Below are positions 8,428-18,845 of a stretch of 64,000 nt of DNA, piece by piece. The DNA comes from a virus. The notes under the pieces are model-generated. The model had not been told where the DNA came from and made no database searches. It saw only the letters and a list, made by a program, of their open reading frames with translations. The stretch spans positions 1 through 64,000 of the IMG/VR virus record IMGVR_UViG_3300032242_001644. One strand, written 5' to 3'. The position numbers were made by a program, and so were the translations under genes. Positions within the stretch are counted from its first letter, which is position 1, and the number at the start of each line of letters is the position of its first letter.

Positions 8428-8863
8428 GATCTTTTGCTAATTGTTTAATGTCTTTATCTGTGTACATAGATGCAAGTACATTCAAGTCATCGAGTTTATA
8501 TGCTGGATAAATGGTCTGTAAGAATTTCATTTTCTTACCACCTTGCTGTGCCTTACGTTCAAGTTTAATCCATTCGTGATAGAACGTCTTGCCTGATTCA
8601 TGACTACATAGACACAAGAGTCTCCACAACAATTTAGGATGTTGTTGTAAATCATTCCAATTTTTATTGAAGTATTCGTTTACAGTTAATACAAAATGTT
8701 CCTGTACTTCTCGACTGGCTTTGGCACTACTAATGTATCTGTTAAGAATAAAGAATTCTTGTTTCATTGCCTTGCGTTGCGTTTCATCAGCAAGGTCCCA
8801 TAGTTCGCGAACATTTTGATCTACTGCGGTTATAATTTCTTTTAGTGGTATCTTTTCACTCAT
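8393..8863 (-). CDS. Possible clamp-loader small subunit (gp62-like)
   Basis: FFILNRYIS helix, size and replication context; weak similarity only. Confidence 0.45.
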   Translation of the reverse strand: MSEKIPLKEIITAVDQNVRELWDLADETQRKAMKQEFFILNRYISSAKASREVQEHFVLTVNEYFNKNWNDLQQHPKLLWRLLCLCSHESGKTFYHEWIKLERKAQQGGKKMKFLQTIYPAYKLDDLNVLASMYTDKDIKQLAKDHGWDDKQIKEL

Positions 8864-9140
8864 TGGGTTTATCTTTGCTTAAATGATATATTAGTATAGC
8901 ACGTTCTAAGGCCGCTTGCAAGGCAGGAATATCCTTTGCATCTCTTCGAATCTCACCCCAGAGCTTGTCTTCCATTATCTGATTGTGTAACGATCTACCG
9001 TCGGAAGTTCTTGGATCGTAATTCTTATAGTCATATCCTACTTCTATTCTTGTTTTAGGATCCGACCCAACTTCTCTTGAATAGACAGTATCGCCTACTC
9101 TCTCATAAATCAGTGTTGCGCCCGGAGTAAGCCCGCCCAT
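8856..9140 (-). CDS. Hypothetical protein
   Basis: 94-aa ORF within the operon. Confidence 0.75.
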   Translation of the reverse strand: MGGLTPGATLIYERVGDTVYSREVGSDPKTRIEVGYDYKNYDPRTSDGRSLHNQIMEDKLWGEIRRDAKDIPALQAALERAILIYHLSKDKPNE

Positions 9141-9647
9141 TTAGATTACCTTGTGTAACTGTAGTACTTCACTTTGACGTGTGACTTCTTTGACAAAATA
9201 TGCACATAGTGGATTATGTCCTTCAGCAATAGGAACAGTTAATAACTGCCCGTTTTTCATCTTAGGGAAGTACCATTTAACATCTTGATAGATATTAACA
9301 ATTTCAATTGGCAAATATTCTGCTCTAAATCCTTTAATTGGATTAAACACAAATGCATCAAACCCTCGATCATTAATACTGGTTAGTGGCAGTACTTCCG
9401 GGTCTAGGCCGCAGTCTTTATCTCCTACTACCATGCACCAATCTAAGGGCATTTGCACTTCGTTGCCACCAATGCTTAATACAATTGCCGGACTGTTAAA
9501 TGATTCGAGGAATATCAACGGCATGAAAAAGAAATCAGGATCGTTAGGATTACTGTTGTCAAGTACACTATATCTGGTGTCTTCATCTACATCTTCCGGT
9601 AGATCATTTAAGTCAAACGACTCGTTGTTTAGGGTTAAAATTCTCAT
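9141..9647 (-). CDS. Hypothetical protein
   Basis: 168 aa; ATGA overlap with uvsW. Confidence 0.75.
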   Translation of the reverse strand: MRILTLNNESFDLNDLPEDVDEDTRYSVLDNSNPNDPDFFFMPLIFLESFNSPAIVLSIGGNEVQMPLDWCMVVGDKDCGLDPEVLPLTSINDRGFDAFVFNPIKGFRAEYLPIEIVNIYQDVKWYFPKMKNGQLLTVPIAEGHNPLCAYFVKEVTRQSEVLQLHKVI

Positions 9648-11101
9648 ATAGTTACCTTGGTTATTGAAAAAGGATATTTTGCATCCTTGTAAAACTTTTT
9701 ACGTTCTGTTAAGTGTCGTTTCGCATATTTTGTCCCCCCAGTGATATCCCAGATTTGTACGAAGTCTTTGTCTTCAGCTTTCCTAACGCCTCGTCCAATA
9801 CTTTGGATAACGCGAGTAAAGCTCTTTCCGGGTTCCACAAGAACCAAATTAAAGATCCTAGGAATATTAATGCCCACAGCGGCCACACCATAAGTCGCCA
9901 CAATAATATTATTACTACTTGTTTTAATTTCATCGTATGTCTCTTTTCTGTCTTTTGTTTTAACTGCACCGCTGACAAAATCTGCTCCTTCAATACGCTC
10001 ACTTAGCATATTTCCAGTTTCAATTCTATCGATTAATACAAGAGTATTGCCACTCTTGGCAATGTCTTGAATCTTTTTAGCCATCCAATCAATACGATCA
10101 ACATCTGTAGTTAGATATTTTAATTCTTCTGGGTAGCTTCTAAATTCTTTAATTTCAATTGTCTGTAGCACTTCAACGTGACATTGTGCCAGTACATCTT
10201 TACTCTGCAATTCATGGGCACTGATGCGATTTACCACAGGTCCAAGACTTGCATAGATGCTGGCAAACTCAAACTTTTCTTTAGGCACTGTTCCTGTTAG
10301 ACCCCAACGAATTGGACAGTTAGCAAGATCGCCTGTTAGGATATTCTTTAAGACATCTGCTTTTGCCTGGTGAACTTCGTCGACAATAATTGCCACAACA
10401 TCATGGAAAAATTCCGACAACTTCATTAGGTCATCGTTATCTTTACTTTTCTTGTCCATAACGTTTAAACTTTGCCAAGTACAAATTGTATGCGTTTTGT
10501 TAAGATCCTTACGGTCGCCATAGTAAACACCTACGTCTAATCCAAGGTTAACAAAATCTTCTTCAGTTTGTTCTACTAGTGATTTATTTGGAACAATTGT
10601 GATTGTGCGACCATATTTTTCACACAAGTGGCTCAAGGTTGCTGTGGTAATTGTCTTGCCAGCACCTGTGGCAATTTCTTGTAGACATTGTGGATTTTCT
10701 AGAAACTTGTTAACAGCATCATACTGATAGTCACGTAGCATGATAGGCTGTCCTTCTGCCGGATGACCCTTGGGCCAGGTCTTGCCCATGTCTGCCCAGT
10801 AGCTTTCTGTTACTTGATTGAACTCTAATTTAATAGATGTGCGTAGATCTTCTACTTCTATTTCGTAACCTTCATTGGTAATGATGTTAACACATTCTTC
10901 AAGATGACACATATAACCAGTACCGCCAATACCAAAGAAGGCAACTGTGCCATCCCAGCGACCTAGTCTATAAGATGGTTGATAACGTGCCCAAGGCACT
11001 TCGTACTTGAACTTGTTGGCCAGTTTGCGTCTAGTCTCTACACTGAGACCTTCGTACTTGACGTTTACTTCGTCTTTAATAATTAATTTACAAACTGACA
11101 A
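9644..11101 (-). CDS. uvsW: UvsW-like SF2 DNA helicase
   Basis: LRDYQ, ATGAGKT, DEVH, TGT, QSIGRGVR. Probable TTG start at 11101 with SD AGGA (track start is 11137). Confidence 0.9.
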   Translation of the reverse strand: MSVCKLIIKDEVNVKYEGLSVETRRKLANKFKYEVPWARYQPSYRLGRWDGTVAFFGIGGTGYMCHLEECVNIITNEGYEIEVEDLRTSIKLEFNQVTESYWADMGKTWPKGHPAEGQPIMLRDYQYDAVNKFLENPQCLQEIATGAGKTITTATLSHLCEKYGRTITIVPNKSLVEQTEEDFVNLGLDVGVYYGDRKDLNKTHTICTWQSLNVMDKKSKDNDDLMKLSEFFHDVVAIIVDEVHQAKADVLKNILTGDLANCPIRWGLTGTVPKEKFEFASIYASLGPVVNRISAHELQSKDVLAQCHVEVLQTIEIKEFRSYPEELKYLTTDVDRIDWMAKKIQDIAKSGNTLVLIDRIETGNMLSERIEGADFVSGAVKTKDRKETYDEIKTSSNNIIVATYGVAAVGINIPRIFNLVLVEPGKSFTRVIQSIGRGVRKAEDKDFVQIWDITGGTKYAKRHLTERKKFYKDAKYPFSITKVTI

Positions 11102-12275
11102 TTGTTGTATTCCTTTTAGCTGATGGCTTAATTTCATCGAAATAAATCATAGTAGGATGACTTGACATCAATGCTGCGGTAATATTATTGGTACTGGGAT
11201 ATATTGAATTACTTGCAAGTAACTCAATTTTAAATGTTTTTTCAAACATCCACTTCTGGGGTTTTACTTGACAAATAAAAATCTTTCCACTAGCAACTGG
11301 CTTGTTAAGATTATTTTCTTTAATCCATTCATTGAATTCAGGTCCACCTTTTTCGGTATTAGTGGGTCTAAAACAAACACGGATATCTTCTTTTTTAAAA
11401 TTTGTAAAGTTAAATTCGTTGACAAATTTTTTAACCCAATCTTTAGGTTCGGGTGTACGATCTAAAATAATAACTACAGGCCATACATTTAATTTATCCA
11501 CTAGACCATAAAAATCTTCAGTCTTTTTTATCCAAAATTCAGTGTCACTGGTTGATGCTATTTTCTTATATGCACTGTCTATTACTGTGCCTTTTAATAA
11601 GAATCCCATTTGTTTGGCAAGAAATAAATCGTGTGCTATCTCCCCTCGCTTATGAGAATCCCAATAAGCATCTGCATATTCGTTGCCATTGACTAGTAAC
11701 ACCTCGCCGTTTTCAATAACAGAATAAGGTAACAAATCATGTTCTCTAGTCCATAATTCTTCAACATAGGCAACGGCATCCATGACAGTGTCATCAATGG
11801 TAAATCCATGACGCTGTGCCTGTTCTACAAGATAGACTAAATTTATCTTGCTTATTTTTACTCGCCGAGCTAGCGTATTAGGATCCCAACGTGACGGATC
11901 CTTGCCATTGGTAAAAAACTCTTTGGCAAATATATCTTTAAACGAATATGGAAATTTAATATTAAGATGTGTATGACCTTCACTATCTTCATCTAGAAAT
12001 AAGTGCTTGGTGGTGTCAATTACACGAAATTCATTTTTCCAAACAGGTGACACTAGTAACGGCTCGATACTAATATCAGTGAATGTGCCTTTGTATTTCT
12101 TCAGCAGTTGAATAATGAACAAGCCTTGTTTGCGTGTGAGTAACTTGCTATCGTTAATAGCGGTATGAAAACTGGATAATGGTCCAATGTCTTGATGTTG
12201 AACACGAATCTCGCAGTTTACTACCTTGGCATATAGCTTTTCAATAAGGTCTTCAATATATAATGGCGTCTGCAT
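11088..12275 (-). CDS. Hypothetical protein
   Basis: 395-aa ORF upstream of and overlapping uvsW. Confidence 0.75.
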   Translation of the reverse strand: MQTPLYIEDLIEKLYAKVVNCEIRVQHQDIGPLSSFHTAINDSKLLTRKQGLFIIQLLKKYKGTFTDISIEPLLVSPVWKNEFRVIDTTKHLFLDEDSEGHTHLNIKFPYSFKDIFAKEFFTNGKDPSRWDPNTLARRVKISKINLVYLVEQAQRHGFTIDDTVMDAVAYVEELWTREHDLLPYSVIENGEVLLVNGNEYADAYWDSHKRGEIAHDLFLAKQMGFLLKGTVIDSAYKKIASTSDTEFWIKKTEDFYGLVDKLNVWPVVIILDRTPEPKDWVKKFVNEFNFTNFKKEDIRVCFRPTNTEKGGPEFNEWIKENNLNKPVASGKIFICQVKPQKWMFEKTFKIELLASNSIYPSTNNITAALMSSHPTMIYFDEIKPSAKRNTTIVSL

Positions 12276-12281
12276 TATACT

Positions 12282-12310
12282 ATAATACAGTCTCTGTTCT
12301 AAGAAAACAA
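12282..12310 (-). promoter_or_regulatory. Sigma70-type promoter, probably leaderless
   Basis: TTGTTT-17 nt-TATTAT, 6 nt before ATG 12275. Confidence 0.5.
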
Positions 12311-13126
12311 GACTTTTTGTAATTTTATTAAAGGAACACCGGCAGCAATTTCTTCAATGAGGTATTCTTTTTGGCATAGATCGTTGAACCATTCTTGTCG
12401 ATCTTTAGGTGGCGGATTTTCAATTTCACTGTAGGCAATATTCATGGGTGCAGCTAAACTACTAGCATCGCAAATAACAGGAACATCATTAATCACTGCT
12501 TGAACACTTGGTCCACTGTTATGATTTACCACACAATGATATTTTTGATAATCTAAATCCCATCCGTCATAACTAGCCGGGATTGCTTGTGGTTGCTCTA
12601 CGATTATGTTATCGGATAAACCTGTTATAGGAAATCTAGGATGTGGTCTAACTACAATTGGGCGCTGTGTATATTCACGTAATTTTGCAATAACATTGTT
12701 GACCCAATTATTGACGTCGGGTTGGCCATTCCATTGTAAACTGTCACCTCGTTGACAGGCTATTAAAATTGAGTCACCGTAATGTGTGCGATTTGTTAAT
12801 TTTATGTTTAACGAGTTAGGTCTAGATGATTCGCCAAATATACCCACTCCATTTACATTGTTTACTGCTACTCGCCAAGTGGTTCCACGTATAAGATTAC
12901 CTACTTCTAAAATGAATACAGGTTTATTAAATTTTCTATAATGCTCGTATACCTGTTGATTGGCCCGCATACGTCCAGCCCACAGTACAGACCAAATTAC
13001 CACAGCATCGGCATCAAGACTATTTTGCACAACTTCCCAACCTTGTGCTCTACAACTGTTAAGGAAGGCTGTCATTATAGGGGGCGAATTAAGTGCCGCC
13101 TGATTAGGGAAGTAGGAAATTTTCAT
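12299..13126 (-). CDS. GT-B-type glycosyltransferase (capsule-biosynthesis-like)
   Basis: VVRPHP and VVNHNSGPSVQAVINDVP motifs; paralogous to 15236..16168 and 16165..16956. Confidence 0.65.
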   Translation of the reverse strand: MKISYFPNQAALNSPPIMTAFLNSCRAQGWEVVQNSLDADAVVIWSVLWAGRMRANQQVYEHYRKFNKPVFILEVGNLIRGTTWRVAVNNVNGVGIFGESSRPNSLNIKLTNRTHYGDSILIACQRGDSLQWNGQPDVNNWVNNVIAKLREYTQRPIVVRPHPRFPITGLSDNIIVEQPQAIPASYDGWDLDYQKYHCVVNHNSGPSVQAVINDVPVICDASSLAAPMNIAYSEIENPPPKDRQEWFNDLCQKEYLIEEIAAGVPLIKLQKVLFS

Positions 13127-13128
13127 CA

Positions 13129-13158
13129 GTTAAATAATATACTCACTTAATATTTAAC
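13129..13158. promoter_or_regulatory. Inverted pair of late promoters serving divergent genes
   Basis: GTTAAATA (13129-36) ... TATTTAAC (13151-58). Confidence 0.55.
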
Positions 13159-13159
13159 C

Positions 13160-13963
13160 ATGAATCTATCAGTTATCACAACTTTCAATCAAGCAGGTTA
13201 CGACAGATATGCTCAGAAAATGATACAGACATTTTTAGCAACCTGGCCAGCCGAAGTCACGTTGTATGCCTATGCAGAAGATTGCACAGTAATTGAAAGT
13301 GCTCCAAATTTAATAGTAATTGATCTTCATCAGGCAAGTCCTGCGTTGGTTGCATTTAAACATAAATGGAAAGATGTACCAAAGGCTAACGGTGACATTA
13401 GTGGCGACATAACTAGGTCAATACGATTAGATTCTAAAAAGAGTTTTAAATGGGATGCTATTAGATTTGCTCATAAAGTATATGCAATATTTGATTGTGC
13501 AAAGAAATGTAATAGTGATACGTTATTGTGGATGGATGCTGATACAATTTGTCATAGTCCTATTTCTATAGAGCAGCTATCTCGACTAATTCCACGAGAT
13601 AAAGAATTGTGTTTCCTTGGACGTGAGGGCAAGTATACGGAATGTGGATTATATGCAATGAATTTACGCAGTGCAATGATTACTAAATTTCTAGAAAACT
13701 TTCAACGTATGTATGATCATGCTGAACAGGGAATTTTCACACTTGAAGAATGGCATGACAGTTTTGTATTTGATGAGGTTAAACGTAGTATGGCGTTAAT
13801 TGAATTAAATTGGAGTGCAGGAATTATTCGTGGTGAAGGTCATCCATTAATAAATTCAGAGTGGGGCGCATACTTAGATCACCTAAAGGGTGATAGAAAA
13901 ACACTAGGTCGTAGCAAGTCAACTGATTTAAAAGTTCAAAGAACCGAAGCGTATTGGCAATGA
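13160..13963 (+). CDS. GT-A fold glycosyltransferase
   Basis: RFAHKV, LLWMDAD (DxD), ECG, WHDS, HLKG. Confidence 0.75.
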   Translation: MNLSVITTFNQAGYDRYAQKMIQTFLATWPAEVTLYAYAEDCTVIESAPNLIVIDLHQASPALVAFKHKWKDVPKANGDISGDITRSIRLDSKKSFKWDAIRFAHKVYAIFDCAKKCNSDTLLWMDADTICHSPISIEQLSRLIPRDKELCFLGREGKYTECGLYAMNLRSAMITKFLENFQRMYDHAEQGIFTLEEWHDSFVFDEVKRSMALIELNWSAGIIRGEGHPLINSEWGAYLDHLKGDRKTLGRSKSTDLKVQRTEAYWQ

Positions 13964-14637
13964 AAAGTTTTATTATATATTTGCCAAAGTTTGAATCTTC
14001 TACAAAAACAGCACTAGCATTAAAATTGCAACTGGAAGATTTCAACATGCCAGTTGAGCTGTTCGAGGGAACCTACGGCAACGATGCAGTTAAACAAATG
14101 GACCAAGAGAGTCGAATAGTGCATTCCTGGGGAATTAAAGGTCCAGATGTTCCAATAGATGAGTCGCATGCTAGTTTTAAAAAAGTAATAAAACCAGGAG
14201 TGAAAGGCTGTTTCTATAGTCACTATAGATTATGGAAAAAATGTGTAGAACTTAATGAATCTATTATTATTTGGGAAGATGACATTGTACTAACACGATC
14301 TTATATTCCAGTAGAATGGAGTGATGTATTGATCCTTGCACTAGGGCACCAGACAAAGAGTGAACGATATATGAACTTACTAACATCTCCTGCAGGTGAA
14401 CCTGCATCAGTGGAATACACACAATCATCAATGCCGGGTTGTTGTGGATATGCAATTAAACCACAGGCTGCACAGAAGTTATTAGACACGTTTAGTAATA
14501 CCTACCTACCTGCAGATAATGCAATAAACCAACATATTTTAAAAATTGAAATTCATAATCATGTAATGGGCATTGCCTTGGTTAAGAAAGACGGAAAGAA
14601 ATCGTTAACAACCAATGTAGAAATATGGAACAATTAA
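13960..14637 (+). CDS. Glycosyltransferase family 25-like
   Basis: GCFYSHYRLWKK, IWEDD, GYAIKPQAA; ATG 13960 overlaps the upstream stop. Confidence 0.8.
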   Translation: MKSFIIYLPKFESSTKTALALKLQLEDFNMPVELFEGTYGNDAVKQMDQESRIVHSWGIKGPDVPIDESHASFKKVIKPGVKGCFYSHYRLWKKCVELNESIIIWEDDIVLTRSYIPVEWSDVLILALGHQTKSERYMNLLTSPAGEPASVEYTQSSMPGCCGYAIKPQAAQKLLDTFSNTYLPADNAINQHILKIEIHNHVMGIALVKKDGKKSLTTNVEIWNN

Positions 14638-15245
14638 TTGAAATTAGAGACGGATGGTATTGGCCAAAATCAGATATTGGTTGTTGGCAATACTTAAATC
14701 AATATTCAGATGTTCCTGTAAAATGTTTTGAATTTGTAAAAAATAAAAAGGTGATAATTCAAGCAGGTGGTAACTGCGGTTTTTATGTTAGACCTTATGC
14801 AGATATATTCGAAACAGTGTATACTTTCGAACCAGACGAGTTAAATTTTTATTGTCTTAATAAAAATATTCTATCAAAAAATGTGTTATCTTTTCAGCAT
14901 TGTTTAGGAGAAGAAACTAAACTAGTAGGCATGAGAGGAAGAAGAAATGTTGGGCGACATAGTGTTGATGTTGACAGTAAACATAAACATACTACCATGA
15001 TCACTATTGATAGTTTAAATTTAGACACATGTGACTTGATTCATCTCGACATTGAAGGTTACGAGTTGTTTGCACTAAGGGGAGCTGCAAAAACTATAGC
15101 AAGATGCAAGCCAACAATTATTTTAGAATCAGTTGACAACAATATAAAATTTAACTATACCGATGCTGATGTTATTGATTTTCTAAGTCAGTTTGGTTAT
15201 AAAGTTGTTGGTCGTGTTTACACTGATATTGTTTTTCAAATATAA
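14625..15245 (+). CDS. FkbM-family SAM methyltransferase
   Basis: IQAGGNCG, YTFEP, LIHLDIEGYELFALRGA, PTIILE. Confidence 0.85.
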   Translation: MEQLIEIRDGWYWPKSDIGCWQYLNQYSDVPVKCFEFVKNKKVIIQAGGNCGFYVRPYADIFETVYTFEPDELNFYCLNKNILSKNVLSFQHCLGEETKLVGMRGRRNVGRHSVDVDSKHKHTTMITIDSLNLDTCDLIHLDIEGYELFALRGAAKTIARCKPTIILESVDNNIKFNYTDADVIDFLSQFGYKVVGRVYTDIVFQI

Positions 15246-16168
15246 GATCTCATATGATTCCAACAGTCGCCTGCTTGTAATTCATCAAACTTCCAATGAC
15301 TCATTGCTAGTCGTTCAACCCACTGTTGTCTATCAGGCATCTGTGGGTTTTCTATTTGTGTAATATTTGTATTGGCAATATCTTTACATTGACTACGTTC
15401 AGCATCAAGAACAAATACCGGTATTCCTTCGATCGCTGCGGCTACCAAAGGACTGGAATTATAATTTACCGCTGCCCAACAATCTTTTAAATCGTCTACA
15501 AGATTTACATTTTTACTCAATATTACTTTTTCTGAAAAACGTATAGGACCGTAATACCTTGGAGATTCTATCATAAGTTTTGTACGTTTATCCCCCGGGT
15601 GAAGGCGAACAACAATTGTACGATCAGTAAATTTTCTAATTAATTGAATTGTATTTTCAGCCCAAAATTGTACATCTACGCCATCCATTGACCAGCCACC
15701 GTTTCGTTGTAGACATAACAAAATATGATTTCCTGATGTTCTATAATCTTTTAAAGAAATACCTAAATCTCTACTAATTTGTTTCCAACGAGACGGATCA
15801 ACGGGTGTGTCGCAATAAATTCCTGTGTTAGGAAACACTCCATTAAAACTGTAGCGTAGATAGTGTAATGGATTAACCGTGTTTGCATAAAGAAATAAAT
15901 TACTGTCAACTGCAATAGTATAATTGTTATTGACAGCTTGTGATTGTACCACATTATTTCTTAAAATTACGTTTTGACCAGTGCTAGAGCCAGGAGCTAC
16001 CCACCCCTGAATAACTGCAACATCAGTTGGGATATAGTTGTAATCGTCAACGTCAATCACCTTATCCCCTACTGCTTTTGCACCTTGCGAGAAGTATTTT
16101 AATAAATTTATTTTTTCTTCGTTCCGTCCGTTGGGGACAGATTTATGGTAGATGGCAAGGTTTTTCAT
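15236..16168 (-). CDS. GT-B-type glycosyltransferase (capsule-biosynthesis-like)
   Basis: IVVRLHP; AVNYNSSPLVAAAIEGIP. Confidence 0.65.
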   Translation of the reverse strand: MKNLAIYHKSVPNGRNEEKINLLKYFSQGAKAVGDKVIDVDDYNYIPTDVAVIQGWVAPGSSTGQNVILRNNVVQSQAVNNNYTIAVDSNLFLYANTVNPLHYLRYSFNGVFPNTGIYCDTPVDPSRWKQISRDLGISLKDYRTSGNHILLCLQRNGGWSMDGVDVQFWAENTIQLIRKFTDRTIVVRLHPGDKRTKLMIESPRYYGPIRFSEKVILSKNVNLVDDLKDCWAAVNYNSSPLVAAAIEGIPVFVLDAERSQCKDIANTNITQIENPQMPDRQQWVERLAMSHWKFDELQAGDCWNHMRSYI

Positions 16169-16956
16169 TGGTTAATTATGTCAAAAACCTTGCCTGATTT
16201 CATTTCGTTAACATGGAACTGTCCGTAGGCAAGATGACAGGCCCATGCATATAATTTATCACTGTCTGCATAGTAAGGAGTGTCTATCAGACTCAAGTCT
16301 TGCAGTGACACCGGACTTGCGGCATTGACCGGGGCCATGGTAAATGCCGGAATTCCATGAAAAATTGCCTCAATTGCGGCCACACTGTTGTAAGTTACCA
16401 GTGCAAAAATATCCCTGTCTAGAGCCTGTTGAAGTGTGTCATTGACTGTTCGGTCAATGCGGTTAGGAGCACGTTCACGGACAACAACTGGTCGGTCAGT
16501 GTGTTTTTTAATTTTGTTTACAGTGTCGCTGACCCACTGATTTTTGTCAATTCCGTAAAATTTACATGGTTTTTCGTCAGGTGCTGCAACCATGATTGCA
16601 CGTCCTGTTTTCTTCCAAGGTTGAAAAGTTTTATTGAACTGTTTGAAGCGATCATCAGGACGAGCAACAATTTCTCCATGCTGTAAATTATTTTTTACAA
16701 TTCGATGCCAGTATTTCCAACCATTAGGATTGGCAGAATTTTGCTCATTTCCAAAGTAGCCAGTGTCAACATAGTAGAAATCTCTACCATCCTCCCAACA
16801 CTGTTTCATTATCTTATGTTTGAGGATTCCTCGAAGTACAATCGGGTCAGTTGAGGTCAAATAATCAAAATCTTCAGTAGAGATCGAATGTGTACCACTC
16901 CCCTTGGCAAACATGTTGATGTACTCATCTTTACCATTTTTACTCAAAAAAATCAT
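16165..16956 (-). CDS. GT-B-type glycosyltransferase (capsule-biosynthesis-like)
   Basis: YVDTGYF; LVTYNSVAAIEAIFHGIP. Confidence 0.65.
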   Translation of the reverse strand: MIFLSKNGKDEYINMFAKGSGTHSISTEDFDYLTSTDPIVLRGILKHKIMKQCWEDGRDFYYVDTGYFGNEQNSANPNGWKYWHRIVKNNLQHGEIVARPDDRFKQFNKTFQPWKKTGRAIMVAAPDEKPCKFYGIDKNQWVSDTVNKIKKHTDRPVVVRERAPNRIDRTVNDTLQQALDRDIFALVTYNSVAAIEAIFHGIPAFTMAPVNAASPVSLQDLSLIDTPYYADSDKLYAWACHLAYGQFHVNEMKSGKVFDIINQ

Positions 16957-17633
16957 AAACTACGCTGTAGACAGTATTCGGTGTAAATTCTCTCACGATG
17001 CCATTCATCAGCAAAGTCTCCCTGATCAGCAAACTCATGAAAGCACGGTGTACCAAGAGTAAAGTGTACTAATTTTGCCAAAGGATTCCATTCATACTCA
17101 ATATCAAGCCAATTCCATTCATTGGGTAATTCGCCAATTAAATCATCTGTAAGCCACGTGAATCTATGTACCTGTGCTCCAGTTGCTGACTGTACAAATC
17201 CAGGTGTGACGGCAGCATTAGCGGGATGCCCGCAATTCCATAAGATGACGCTTGACCAATTCTTTCGAGGGTAGTTGTCATTTTTTGCCCCAAGGTATTT
17301 TTCAGACATTCTAGTTTCGTAGTTGTGTTTAACCACCATAACTGCTTTTGTTTCATCACGTAGCTCCCATAATTTAGTGATATCATCACGTAGGATCATG
17401 TCACCGTCTATGAAGATTGCCCACCCTTGATAGTTCATTAGGTGTGGTACTAGAAAGCGACTATAGATAAACTGATTGCTGCCGTCAGTGTGTGTTTCTT
17501 GATATTCTTTAATTGTGTTTAATGCCAATGCCGTGATACTAACTGGTGTAGATGTGTGTCTAATAATACTGTTGGAACACACATGATAGGCAATCGCTTC
17601 TCTTGGATCATAGCCGATGAATACTGGAATCAT
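16953..17633 (-). CDS. GT-A glycosyltransferase (GT8-like)
   Basis: FIGYD, SRFLVP, FIDGD, RKNWSS, EWNWL, HFTLGTP. Confidence 0.8.
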   Translation of the reverse strand: MIPVFIGYDPREAIAYHVCSNSIIRHTSTPVSITALALNTIKEYQETHTDGSNQFIYSRFLVPHLMNYQGWAIFIDGDMILRDDITKLWELRDETKAVMVVKHNYETRMSEKYLGAKNDNYPRKNWSSVILWNCGHPANAAVTPGFVQSATGAQVHRFTWLTDDLIGELPNEWNWLDIEYEWNPLAKLVHFTLGTPCFHEFADQGDFADEWHRERIYTEYCLQRSL

Positions 17634-18382
17634 TTTCTTTCAATGTCCTCTTCAGTACACTCAGTTCCGTATTGAATTTCAATTACATGTAACGGCACAG
17701 TTGTTGGATTATGTAATTGATGCCATTCACCTGTAAGTATTGTTTCTTGTTTAAAACGTTTTATACGTTCGCCACCGAAGTCCCAATTAAGTCCTGCTTC
17801 GCCTTCGGCAATAAACCAAAGTTCAGTACGATTAGCATGACGTTGCATACTTAGACTCTTACCGGGATCAACCGTAAGTTCTTTTACCTTGACAGTATTG
17901 TTATGAGTGTGTAGAACACGATAATAACCCCACGGCCGAATAGTTTTGGGGCTTTTCCACTCTTCTAAAATCCAACTTGAACTGTTAGCTTTGTTTTCAC
18001 CACCAACGCCAAATACAAATTCTAGGTTAAGATATTCGTTTAACAAATCCATTTCTGGAATATTTTCTTGTGTCCTATCCCCGCCATTGGCAAAGACAAT
18101 CTGTTCGTTGGGATATATTGCTCGTAGCTTGCGTATTGCATCTTTAGCAGAATTGTCACTGTCATCGAAGTTTATTACTTGTGTGATATCTTTCAATCCG
18201 CCTACAATAGTGGCACGTTCTTCCCAAGGTAAGAATGGCCTACCTTTTTTACGGGTAAGCCATTCATCAGAGTTTATTCCAACAATTAAGACATCTCCTA
18301 ACTTCTTTGCTGCCTGTAGATAGGCAATGTGACCGGAGTGGATCGGATCAAATCCGCCTGTAGCTAAAACTATTTTTCTCAT
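17630..18382 (-). CDS. Cytidylyltransferase-like (RfaE-II/TagD) domain fused to a mannose-6-P isomerase-type cupin
   Basis: GGFDPIHSGH (HxGH), NGGDR, SSS; RPWG, SMQRH, EIQYG. Confidence 0.85.
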   Translation of the reverse strand: MRKIVLATGGFDPIHSGHIAYLQAAKKLGDVLIVGINSDEWLTRKKGRPFLPWEERATIVGGLKDITQVINFDDSDNSAKDAIRKLRAIYPNEQIVFANGGDRTQENIPEMDLLNEYLNLEFVFGVGGENKANSSSWILEEWKSPKTIRPWGYYRVLHTHNNTVKVKELTVDPGKSLSMQRHANRTELWFIAEGEAGLNWDFGGERIKRFKQETILTGEWHQLHNPTTVPLHVIEIQYGTECTEEDIERK

Positions 18383-18390
18383 AGCAATAT

Positions 18391-18843
18391 TTACAGAGTT
18401 GCATCTTCCATTCCCGCTGTTCTGAGTTTAATCACATTAGAAAGTTGCCATTGTTTGACGTCTAGACCTTTTACAATGCCTAACCATTTGTTGCGTAGTA
18501 GAGCAAATTCATTGATAATCTTTTCAAAATCTACCACATCTGCTTCGCCTTCAACAAACCTATCAACGTCTCGACTGCTCAATGCACGTTGATAGTTTTC
18601 TAGATATTTTCTAAAATGTTGACTACGAAGTCGACGTAATTCAATGTTAAGATATTCAAGAATTGCTTCAATCTCTTGTAGTTGATTAAATCTCTGTTCC
18701 ACAATACCGGGCATACTGGCAGCGGCTTTTTCTATATTTCCCGCTATGCGAGTATCACTTTTTGCTGCCAATAATTCGGCCTCATAATATGCCACGGCAT
18801 CTGGAATATGAGAAATATCCTTGGATACCTTGTTATACCACAT
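18391..18843 (-). CDS. uvsY: UvsY-like recombination mediator
   Basis: 150-aa coiled-coil protein downstream of uvsX. Confidence 0.7.
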   Translation of the reverse strand: MWYNKVSKDISHIPDAVAYYEAELLAAKSDTRIAGNIEKAAASMPGIVEQRFNQLQEIEAILEYLNIELRRLRSQHFRKYLENYQRALSSRDVDRFVEGEADVVDFEKIINEFALLRNKWLGIVKGLDVKQWQLSNVIKLRTAGMEDATL

Positions 18844-18845
18844 GA

